A stretch of 60,142 nucleotides of DNA, counting the filler, from Globobulimina sp. (Eukaryota): NCBI GenBank assembly GCA_003354225.1. It is 9 parts of 9 records of this genome, joined end to end, with 100 filler letters (N's around TTAATTAATTAA, not from the genome) between each part and the next. Parts side by side here need not be neighbours in the genome. Positions count along the whole stretch, not along the records: positions 20,117 to 26,712 come from PIVH01000268.1; positions 26,813 to 33,408 come from PIVH01000269.1; positions 33,509 to 40,096 come from PIVH01000270.1; 6 more parts are not named here. One strand, given 5' to 3'. Both the position numbers and the translations under genes were made by a program. Positions 25,542 through 37,407 of this stretch are shown piece after piece. Numbering within the stretch: the first letter of the stretch is position 1; the number at the start of each line of letters is the position of its first letter. The notes under the pieces are model-generated. The model had not been told where the DNA came from. It was given only the letters and a program-made list of their open reading frames with translations, and searched no databases.

Positions 25542-26712
25542 AACAAAAATCTGTATTTTATTTGTTTTAAACAAGTTGTTATCATCTTATTCTTGGGCTG
25601 TTAGGTTAAATGTTGTAAATGTTTCTTTAGTTTGATTTAAACACATAAATGGTGGATAGACGGTTATGCATGGTAGTCAGTGATTGAAAAGCAATATGAA
25701 ATCTTCTGTTTACCATATTTGAAAAAAATAGTTGCCAATGAATGTGACGCGCTAAACACAAGAACATCCGAAGCAGAGCCCACACTTTTATGGCATTGTA
25801 GGTTAACTGCCCAAAATGGCATGCTTGCGGATGTAATGCCCAGGCAACATGTACCAGTTGACCACAAGCAGGGGTGCTTGTCAAAATTTTGCCCAAGTGG
25901 CAGAGACTTGTAGGTTTTTGTTACACAATGTCCAATAGGCATGCACAATTATGTTACAATCACAACTTGTCTGTGCATAGTTATAGAGTCGGCTGACTAA
26001 ACATTAGAAATGGTTTAACTTTTGCCTGTTCAAAGGTGGTTAACATGCTAAATTTTTTTTGAAAGTGGGTTGAGAGAAGAAATTCGACCCGACAATTGGG
26101 AGAAAAGCAGTGTGAGCTTTTGGCATAATATTCTACATAGCCCGAGTTATGACAATATCGTCTTTTTTGATGGGTAACACATGTTTTATAACTATAATAA
26201 ATTTGTTTAATAAATACAGTATAATTTCCGAATAATTATGATTAAACACTCAGTTTAGAATTTTGGAGTGTCTCGCCAACGTTTGGAGTGTCAATTCCAT
26301 CTTTCGAAACGTGTAGTTTACTAAGGTAATCATGTAGGCTACAAAATGAAAACAAGGCATCGTTTTCTTGGCTAACACACCCACATCATTACAATGAGTG
26401 TTAACGGTAAGCCTCTCTATGCATGAATACTGAACCCGTGCTCAGGATCGGACCTACATCTTTTACATATAAATAAAATCTATTTTATCAAACCACAATA
26501 TGCTATAATGATTAAGGCGTCGGTTTAAGCCCGACAGATCAATGTTGGCTCGATAATAACTCATACATATAAATAAAACCTTTTCACCATTTATTAAGTC
26601 AAATGTACACGATCAACTGTAATACCCAAATATGTAGCACGAATCACACCGCCCGATTATATTAAGTTATATATACTAGTAACGAAGTCTCGAACATGGA
26701 TGTATTGTCAAT

Positions 26713-26812
26713 NNNNNNNNNNNNNNNNNNNNNNNNNNNNNNNNNNNNNNNNNNNNTTAATTAATTAANNNNNNNNNNNNNNNNNNNNNNNNNNNNNNNN
26801 NNNNNNNNNNNN
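26713..26812. other. Artificial contig linker
   Basis: N44-TTAATTAATTAA-N44. Confidence 0.98.
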
Positions 26813-27603
26813 TTGCATACATTAATACATATTTTATCATGCAATAAATGAACAATCATATAACTGCCACTAAAATTCTCTCTGCCGGTGATTGTGTAGG
26901 TATTTCCTGCTAAAATGACGCCAAAATGAAAATGTGTACGATAACCATCCTTTCCTTTAAAGCTAATCCTCGAAACTGCGACATGGACCGAAGAGCCTCT
27001 TAACCCGAAATTCAATGTATAGCCATTATTTGGGAATTTCATTACAATCGAACTTGGTGAGACTATGGCGTCCTTTGCTCTCTTCTTTAGTGCAATATAC
27101 ACATTTTTTTCATATTTACAATCTGTTTCTGCAAATCCAACAGAATAATCAACGGACGAATGAGCCACAGACACATATTTCTGAGCAAATTCATAAACAT
27201 GGTTTTCTGATGGAACGTCACGTATTGTAAATGTAGAAAATCCTGACAGTAATGCTGATAATCCCCGGGGTGAAATATAATCAGCTGATGTTGTTGCAAT
27301 GCGTTTCTTTTTTTCATAACAACCGGAACAATAACCACGGTTCCTCCAAACAGTACCACTAATTTTCCACGTATCCCAGTCAATTACACCGTAAACATTA
27401 TAACATCCAGATGCTAAACATCCTAATTTGACAACGTTACCTGACCAACTGACAGAAGGAAGACTTTCACCACAACACGAATGACAATACCCTCGATGGA
27501 CTGTGATTGTCCCAGCTTGTTCCCAATCAGACCAGGTGATCCTGCTATAGGTTGTGTTACAATCTACACAATCAAGCCCAACGTACGAATCTTTATTTCC
27601 CAT
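26813..27603 (-). CDS. Uncharacterised protein with N-myristoylation-like start and two tandem Cys/Trp zinc-ribbon-like repeats; 3' truncated
   Basis: MGNKDS start; repeats CVDC..ITWSDWEQAGTITVHRGYCHSC and CLASGC..IDWDTWKISGTVWRNRGYCSGC. Confidence 0.6.
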
Positions 27604-27720
27604 GATTATTTTTTACGATTTTCAGTTTAAACACTAAAGATTTTGACGCTCAGCTTTTGTTTCTATTTGTATTTGGTGGAAACATTAAGCGTCCACAATT
27701 AGAAAATAAAAGCGATAAAA

Positions 27721-30700
27721 ATGAATATCCGCGATATATCAACAAATGTGTTAAGTGTTTCTGTCATTAATTGTTTGTGTGCTAATTATAAAAACAAAAT
27801 GTAATCAAAACAGTATTGGACCAGATCGGATGATGAGAAATTGGAACAATTGATTGATAGAACAGTATTACAAGTATTAAACTCGCGGAGTGTCAAAGCT
27901 TTGTGGAATAAACAGAGCCACGTTGAAAAGTTATACGATGACAAAACATTTCGATTGTTTGTGGATGCCATTTATGAGGGAATTGATGGGCAGACATTTA
28001 TAAACAGCGCACTTTACACATTGTATAAACATCAAATCGACCAATCTTTGAATAAAACCAAACCCGAAAAAAAGAAGAAATTGAGCACAGACAAACAGAT
28101 ATTTAATCAAATGCAATGTGTGGAATTTATTGAGTTTGATACGGACCGGTCCGGTTCCATTGATTTCAGTGAATTTACGCAATATTTCCACACAAAAAAT
28201 ATACAAATCGGCAAACAGAAACTGCATAAAATGTTTCGTGACATTAAAACCGACAAAGACAGTGAGGGAATAAATAAAAGTGATTTTAATAAATGGAAGG
28301 AATCCTTGCAAAATAATTGCATATCAACGCCCAAAATAAAACAGAAACGAACATTAAGTATTTCTGGATTGAATGTGGTCGGACTATGGATTGTTTGGTT
28401 CAAACCTCATTCCAAAATATATTATTTCAACGAAGGCGTTGGACTGAAAAGCTTTGCTCAAAAAAGAAGGGTTATAACAACAATACATTACAATGAGGAG
28501 GCAGACGCTGACAATAATTTTAAATGGGCGCGATTTGTGACCAAAACAAAAGATATGAAGCATAGATTAGGCGCAGATTTTCGACGGAACCATGCCAATT
28601 TAAGCAAGGCGAAACCAAAGGGATATTGGCATATTGTGGAGAATGATGATAATAATGAAATAATACCGAAAAGGGATTTGGATTTAATATTTATGTTATT
28701 GCATTATTACTATTTATCACATATCGAGGAGCAGAATACCGCGCTGTTTGGTGGTAATGACGATCCATTGAGGAAACATTTGATATCTCATCAGCAGAGA
28801 GTACGCGATGAAGAGTCATCCATTGAACACGACACGTTAAGAGATACAAACGCAAATAAAGCATATTCATTGTTGATTGGTGGTGATAATGGAAAGGGAT
28901 TAAAACGCATAGAAATGGGCAATAAAATTATATTTCAAATCAAACAAAATAAATATCGACTAAAGTACTGGAATAAGAGAGGAAAGTATGTCACCACAGC
29001 TTTGGTATTAGAAAAATTGGAACATAAATCAAAAAGGCATCATTCCACCAGAAAGGAGATAAAAGCAAAGGAGTTATGTTATTTGAGATTTAATACAGAT
29101 TTTGAGGTCAAACAGCTCGAATGGCAGTGGTTTGATAATGACACAAATTCGTATATGGATTATGACAAAAAGCAACGGGTAATCCAGGAGTTGGAAGCTA
29201 GCTTTTTAGGGAATGATGAACGCAATTTCAACCCAAAAGAATTTGAATTATTAAATAATTGTTTATTGCCAGAATTAAAAAGTTATATGGTTGAAAATAA
29301 TATTTCGCCGAAGGATGGTTATATATTTAGCATTGAGTTTGCTTCGGGTATTCATGACAGAAAAATAGCTTCGATGTCTCAAGTCTCATTTGATAGATAT
29401 GACTCATTTGCGAGGAAAATCAGACGAATGACAGACGGAACAGATTCGTTATTGACACATTATCAAAATTCAAATATGTTTTCTGATCAATGGAAGGCTG
29501 CACGCAAATTATTGACAAAAGCTCAACAAAAATATTTCTTTTCATATATTGTGGCCATTGCCGCGAAAATAAAATATATTGATATTGAGTTTGCGAATCA
29601 AACCGTATTACTGCCATCGGGGAGTAATGAGAGTGGCAAAAAAACACAGGATTTTATGAATATCGATGCGAGAGATGTTGAAATTGAACAAAGTAATTAC
29701 AGTGATTACGACGGATACTTAATACCTCAGGACAGATACTTTGAGAATCCAAATAAAACAAAAACGAAAATATTAAGGAAATATAAGATAACAAATAAAA
29801 GAGAATATCGATGGTTTCAAGATGGTGAGGGACGAAAAATATTATTTTCCAAAGAACAGGCACAGTTTTTGCGGTTTGCGGAGTGTATAAGGTATGGTGT
29901 TTCTGTATTTATTATATATAAAACAAAGTTATTACATTGGATGTTTAAAGGAAATATGTGTTGGAGAGTGAATTGGGCGACACATTAAATACATTGTGGC
30001 CATGGTATCAAAATAGTTATCATTCCATTCCAAATGTTGATGACTCCTCAAAATATAATAACTTAATGAAGAATCAATTTTTTTTGCAATCATGGGATGA
30101 AGAACGAATATTAACCATTTTGTACCAACATAAGAAAAACTTGAAACAAATAGCTGAGCGAGATCCAGATGGCAATGATGACAATGATTCGCCCATTCGG
30201 CATAAAAGGAAATTTGCAGCATATCTCTTGTTGGACAGTTCAGACGTTTTGAGAAATTTAAATATATTAAAGGCACAATTGGATCCTTTGTTGCATTGCA
30301 TTTCAGATAAAGCAATCTCCAAATATTTAGATGAACATTTCGAAGCATCTGGATATGAGCGAGAAATATATAAAATTATCTACAAACAACAAGTTAAGAA
30401 ACATCCGGCCGATTTTCAACACAAAATTGACAAATATGTATCGGAATGCATTCGGGGCAAAGCCAGAGATTCCAAAACAAAGGAGTTTTGGCAGCAAAAT
30501 ATACAAGAAATAAAAAAAAGAAAAATACGCAAAAGAAAAAGAAAATGATGAAAATTTTAAGTTTGAAGAAGGACATTTATTATTTAATGAACATTTCGAC
30601 AATATTCAATATTTAGATATTGATAGATTTCAACTGCCAATCTTTGAAGAATTTGTTCGTTTCTTCTTTGTGGCATCGGATGAAAATCGGTATAGAAGAA

Positions 30701-33408
30701 TTCATGAAAGCAAGCCTTCAGACAAATATTATGGAGGAGATGGGAAGGAATATTATCGGGTTTTTCTTGAAGAATGGCGGAATACTCCCAAATGGTATAC
30801 TTATTCTCATGACATATTATTATTGGAATTGGTTTTACGAAATGGCGTGAATGGCAGTAAAATTGTGCAGGATTTGGAAGGTGCCAAAGACGTGGAATAT
30901 AAAATAAGATTAAAATGCGAGGATTACTTTACGAGACAAGAGAACCACAGCAATATATATCATAAACATCAGCATGACGGAGATCGGTATTATCAGTTTA
31001 AAAAATGGTGCAAAATACAATATAATTTGTGGCATCGATTGAAATATATAACAAATATAATTATAAAGAATCTATTTGCTCGCGGCGGTGACATATCTTT
31101 ATACAAAGTGCGGATTGAAAACGAAGAGGATATTCCAACATTTAGTTGTAAGAGTAGGATATTTTCAGATTATCAGAAACAAACTCATATTAATTCTGTC
31201 AAACAGCAGAATAAATTACAAACAGTGGAACCACACAAAAACGATTATGATCGAGCGCAGAAATTTGATGTTAATAAAGATGAAAAAACTCACAACAAAC
31301 AATCAAATCCCTCAAATTATTGCTGCTGTAAATGTGTATGTTGTTGCTGTCATATTGAAAACTATCAAAATCTGGAGACTTTTAATGGTGATGACACTGA
31401 CGATGATGAAGAGGTGGTGCATATATTGAAAAATAAACGTAATTTATGCCAACTTACGAGACGGTCCGCCACTGCGCTTGGGAGAGAAGGGAGAATCCGA
31501 GCCAATGATCCTTTTCTTGATCGAAATCTGGATATTGAATTGATGGAAGTGTTGCAGTCATTTGATTTGTTAAAATATGGGGAACCAATGATTTTATTTA
31601 TCATTGAACAATTAAAGAAACAGATGATTCAAACATATTGGAAGATATTGGGTGCCATCGTTAATGTGTTACCGCCGCAATTAGCAATTTCTGCATTGAA
31701 GAATGAAGAATCAATGGACATATTACGCCATGGCGAGCCATCCAAACTGAAACAGCTATGTTTAGAGTTAGTCTCTGGTGCCAGTTTCAAGCCCGCCGCC
31801 GCCTTGGCAGCAGCAGCATTATTTGACGAGTTGGCTGAGGATGATTTAATTCAGGAAGATTCGTGGAAAACCTATGGCGATGATTTTGAAGCCATGGCCT
31901 TTCAGGAAATCAATAAAATCGAATCAAACCATTTGTTATATGTGTTGCTAAACATTCCATTGCTGAGTAATGAGAGGAAATCGTTGGTGGAGTTGGCTTT
32001 GGATGGACAACGCATAGAATTTCTGAATAATGATCGAATAAACAGTGTGATGCACCATATGTTCGTTCATGGCTACTTGCAGCCCGGCGAAGAAATTGAA
32101 ACTACAGAATTGGAATATGTTGACATGTTATACCAACTTTGGAACTATCCATTTGATTTTTATCTAAGCGCCAGAGGCTACCATTGGATCACCAATATTT
32201 TATTCATGTTATATTTTGTCTTGGTTTGTGTTTACGCCTTTTTGCGTCCAATGCAAGCGGGTGACTTAACGCATCCGTCTCAGTATTTCATTGAAATTCT
32301 ATTTTGGATTTGTAACGGAGGCTATGTCTTATTCGAATGTTTCGAGCTTTGGGAGAAAGGCCCTGCCACTTATTTCAATTTGGATGTCAAAGGTATTTTA
32401 TTTTTATTTCGTTTGTGATTTTTGTTTTATTTATCTCGAATTTAAAAAAAAAGGACAAACCAATCTTTTAGATACTGCATTATGCGCATTGTGGATATTT
32501 TTGTTTTTGACCAGAGCTTATTTTGTGTGTTGTTATGAAGATTATGATGAGTTTGATGTGAAACGACAGACTGCGTTGCAAGAAGTGTATATATTTGTAT
32601 TTGGTTTACAGATTACTTTATTGACATTGCGGTCTTTGACATTATTCTCAAATGCAAAATATTTGGGCGTCCTGCTGAAGATCATCAAATTAATGACAGT
32701 TGAAATTGTGCGCTTTTTATATGTTTATGTTGTTGTAATGGTTGGAATATTATTTGCTTTGTGGTTTGTGGTAGTATCGAATGTATGCAACACATCCTAC
32801 TCAGAAGATGGTCAATTGCCAGAGTCATGCGACGATTATCAAGTTTACAGCGCCTGGTTTGGCTTAAAATATGTATTCGAAGTGTTTGTAGGTACAGGCG
32901 ATTTGAGCGGCGTTGGGGAGCAGCCAATGGGCATAATATTTATGGTCGCTGTCACATTTTTTGGCACATTGATATTAACTAAGTTTGGTTTGTATACACA
33001 TGGCAAATATGAATAAATAATATATATAAATAATTATGACAGTTTACTGATTGCTTTGATGACAACCAAATACGAAGAAGTTCAAAGCAAAGCAAAAGCT
33101 GAAGTCATTTTCAATGCAACCGAGTTGACAGTTGATTTAACATCGCGTAGTCGACAAATGCCACCGCCTATAAACATCATCGTGACTGCACTATCATTAA
33201 CTATTCATATCTTGAATTTTTTCACTGCTTTGCTACATCCACAGATATTAAATATTTACAATTATATCGATTTCAGCACCTTTGAGAAATTCAGAAGGTT
33301 TCATATGTGGCGGTGTGCAGTGTCGTGGAAGAAAGCTGGCAAAGTTGAATTGGATAAAGAGGGTCAACAGAAATTAAAATCAAATTACAAATATACCAGG
33401 AAAAAAAT
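27721..33408 (+). CDS. TRP-type cation channel with N-terminal EF-hands and WWE-like domains; one frameshift; 3' truncated
   Basis: Introns 29892..29950, 32393..32453 and 32983..33042 (and probably 27748..27813) restore frame. EF-hand DTDRSGSIDFSEF. Six-TM region with pore-like VFEVFVGTGD, S6 LILTNLLIALMTTKYEEV and post-S6 MPPPINII as in TRPC/TRPM channels. One extra base in the A-run at 30512-30519. Confidence 0.75.
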
Positions 33409-33508
33409 NNNNNNNNNNNNNNNNNNNNNNNNNNNNNNNNNNNNNNNNNNNNTTAATTAATTAANNNNNNNNNNNNNNNNNNNNNNNNNNNNNNNNNNNN
33501 NNNNNNNN
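33409..33508. other. Artificial contig linker
   Basis: N44-TTAATTAATTAA-N44. Confidence 0.98.
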
Positions 33509-33737
33509 CATATGTAGTTTTACGTTCTTTAGTACCTAATGATGATATACCTTGTTCAACAGCAAATTGTTGCAGTATGCTCTCACCAATATTAACACCA
33601 TACCCTCCGCAGTTTATTGTAATAACTTCGCGCTGTTTGTTGCGTGATGCATTTGGTAGTGTCTTATGCATTTTATGTAGAGCTTTTACTAACGTACTTA
33701 AAAAAAAGTTATCTTCGTCACACATTTTTGATATCAT
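33509..33737 (-). CDS. Divergent tubulin-like protein, N-terminal fragment with leader extension
   Basis: QREVITINCGGYGVNIGESILQQFAVEQGI aligns by eye to the tubulin N-terminus MRE(C/I)I(S/T)IHxGQxGxQIGxxxWExxxxEHGI; preceded by >=33 extra residues; cut by contig end. Confidence 0.6.
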
Positions 33738-33965
33738 ATGATTTGTCGAAATTTATGTACTAAATAATTAAGCTATAAATACAGATTCCAATTTATCCTG
33801 ATATGTCTTTATCACACAATGATCCAAATCATAATCATAATTCACTAAATTCAGTGGCTGAATCTCCGCCTAAAATAATAAACTTATATATTAAAAAAAC
33901 TTCTTTGTGTCACTTCACTTGACTTGCGAGATCGTCCCGCAGTTCAAAAAGAAACAGACTTAACG

Positions 33966-36900
33966 ATGCATTCTAACATTCCATACAGAAACATACAATC
34001 ATCAATAAACGGCGATGATGTGAATACAAAAGTCGTATCTTCATTGGATAATATTTACACCAAAGAGCAAACCAAAGAAAAAGCTGATAAAAACAAATGG
34101 TGTTGTTTTCATATCAAATTGCCGATTACTGGCAAATTAGAAAAAAAAACCTTAACATTGATTGTAATTACATTACTCATCGACGCATTGGCTAATTTAT
34201 CCTTATTTTGTACAACTCACAAATGGTGGTTTTTCAATGGCCATCCTTTGAATTATTTAACATTCCATGACCTATACAATGATTTCACTTCATTCCATTC
34301 AGGTTAACTTCATATAATCCTTGCACAGCTTACACCACATAAACACATAAAAAAACACACCGAACAGGTACTTCTGATACAATCTTATTATGGATATTAC
34401 GTTTATTCTCGTTATTTATCTTAAGTTGCATTGCCATATCAAAAGGCGCACCGCCTGAATTATGGACAGATGAACAAAATTGTTGCTGTATATTTTCATG
34501 CTGTAAATCAAAACACAAACACAAACACAACAACAGTCGACGCAAAAACAGACGCAATACCGACAGCTCAGTACAAAAATTACTATCAAATGAGAATGAC
34601 ACTGATCCAATGCGGTTATCTTCAAATATTGGCATTAAAAACGGCACTGACAACAACAATGCATATGAGATTGAATTAGAAGAAGAGATTGAAGGCATTG
34701 AAGATAAACGTAGCTTACAGCCTAAATTTGATAATAAAAATGATTTGGATTCGTATCAAAAACGCACTCAGAAATGCGTAGCATACAAATACGCCCTCTT
34801 ACTGTTAATGTTTTTGCTTTGCACAGCATTTCAAGGCTATATCGGCGTAAAATGCGTAACCTTCGACTTCCTATCCAATGACCAACCATTCCATTATGAA
34901 ACTGTCCAAGCCATACTATACGGTCTCAGTGTATTATGCATCAACATTGAAATCTTTTTATTCAAAAACTTCGTAGACGCGGCAACAGATTTAGGCGATC
35001 ATATTCTGGTAAAAACATTACATCCGCACCCATTAAAACAGCGCAAAAAAATCAAGTTTTGGTGTAATTTATGTCGGTCCAGAGCCAAATACTGCACTTA
35101 TCGATGCGATGATTGTTCCTTTGATGTCTGCTCATCCTGTTATAAAAAGGAAAAAAAGAAATTAAAACTCAAACAAACTCAGAAACAAAGCTCCATGAAA
35201 CACGGTGGTAAGTTAGCAATGTCCATCAAATTGGATGCCGCGTCAGAGTCATACAAGTACGACAACAGTAAGGTTGCTCCAGAAAATGACCCAACACAAC
35301 GGTTGCAGCAAGACATGACCTCAACTGCTTATATGATGCGAGCGCTGTCGTTATGCAAACCACATTCAACATTGATACTGACTGCGTTTACATGTTTGGC
35401 CATCAACTCCACCGCCAACTTATTGCTCCCACAATCGCAAGGAATGATATTGGATAAGATTGTGAACCATGAAAAGTCTGAATTTATTTACCAGATCAAA
35501 TTTTTTCTAACCCTGTCCGTCATCGTAGGCTTATTCGGCTCTATACGCAATTTGTGTTTTGCCTTCACGATGCGACGGCTGATGGTGTCCATTCGTTCCT
35601 TATTATTCAGCAATATCATCGTGCAGAATATTCAATTTTTCGACGATATGAGTACTGGAGAACTGATCAGCAGAATGACCAACGATGTCGGCGGCATGTT
35701 GTCGCCGTTACGCACCATGCTACAAACTACATTATCGAATATAATCTTATTATTTGGCGGCTTGATAATGTGTTTTGTGACCTCGTGGAGGCTGTCAATG
35801 TTGGCGTTTACCACCGTGGCGCCGGTTTTATTTTTAACGGGGCAGTATGCGAAATGGAGCAAGAATATCAACCGTGCGATTTGGGCAGCGTTTGGGTCCT
35901 CGACGCAAATCGCAACGCAAGCTTTCAGCAATATTCGTACAGTGCGCGCTTTTGGTACAGAACGGAAAGAGATCGGTAATTATGATAATGCGTTGCAAGA
36001 GATCTTAGAGCGGGGTCTGATAAATGCAATTGCGTCGACTGCCACCTTTGCATTGACCAATTACTTGGATTTGGGCGCTGGAGTATTGATATTATACTTC
36101 GGCGGTGTTTCTATTTTTGATGCGGACAAAAGTAATTATGAACTGACTATTGGCAAATTAATAACTTTCCAGTTATATTGGAATATGATCAACAATGCAT
36201 ACAAGGGATTGCAGAATGTATTGACCTCATTCACGCGCGGCGCCGGTGCAGCGCAGCGAGTGCTGACTTTGTTGGATCATATCGGCAACAAACAACATAA
36301 CTTATACTCCGGTTTGGAAGCCAAGGATGCTGCGGTTGGTTTAGATGGCAATATTTATATTGAAAATGTGCATTTTCATTATAAATCGCGGCCAGACACG
36401 GAAGTGTTGACTGGCATCAACTTGCATATCAAACCTGGGCAAGTTATAGCATTGGTGGGGCGAAGTGGCGGTGGCAAGTCAACGTTGATTCATCTGCTGA
36501 TGCGATTTTATGACGTGACGAAAGGAGCAATATTATACAACAAAGAGAGATTGCCGTTGAATGAGATGAATTTGACGAAGTTGCGCCAGAATATTGGCCT
36601 CGTCGCGCAAGACACGCAGTTGTTTGATTGCACGATCAGAGAGAATATAGTCTATGGCTGTGCTGACCGGGAAGATGATGATATCGCATTGGAGGAAATT
36701 GTCCATTACAGTAAGTTGGCAAATTGTGACGAATTTATTTCCAAATTCGAAGAAGGGTATTTGACGCGTGTCGGTGAGCGAGGTATTCGGCTAAGCGGCG
36801 GACAGAAACAGCGGATCGCCATCGCGAGGATGTTGATGAAACGGCCGCGTGTATTGTTTTTGGACGAAGCGACGTCGAATTTAGACACGGAATCGGAGGC

Positions 36901-37294
36901 ATTGGTACAGGCAGCAATTGATAAAACAATATGGTACGATAAGGATAGGGATGATGAGAAGTATGAGGATAATAATAAACAGTATAAGTTTAAAGCAAAT
37001 GCAGTTATTTTAGTGGCGCATCGATTGAGTACAGTGATAAATGCAGACAAAATAGCTGTTATTGATGGTGGTAAGATTGTCGAGTTTGGGAATCACGAGG
37101 AATTGTTAACTATTCGTAATGGTGTTTATCATAAATTGGTTGAAAGGCAAATACAAAGAGAAGAAAATCAATTGGATCAAGATAAAGAAGAAGAGACAGA
37201 CACAAAAAAGAACGATTCAAAAAGTAAAAAGAAAAAGAATAAAATTAAAGTTGCGTCTGATAATATTGATAGTTTGTTTGATAATAACGATTGA
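33966..37294 (+). CDS. ABC transporter subfamily B half-transporter (TAP/ABCB9-like) with N-terminal TM extension and Zn-finger insertion
   Basis: Intron 34303..34367 joins ORF 33924-34307 to 34610-37294. TMD with FFDDMSTGELISRMTND; Walker A GRSGGGKST, signature LSGGQKQR, Walker B VLFLDEAT, H-loop VAHRL. Confidence 0.92.
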
Positions 37295-37407
37295 TAATTA
37301 CTAGTGTGCTTTAATTTTAATTTAAGTTCGTCTTAATTCGCATTTTGTAACTTTTACCACAGAAATTAGGAAAAAATGGAAAAAAAACTCTCAGTCTCTG
37401 ACTGAAC

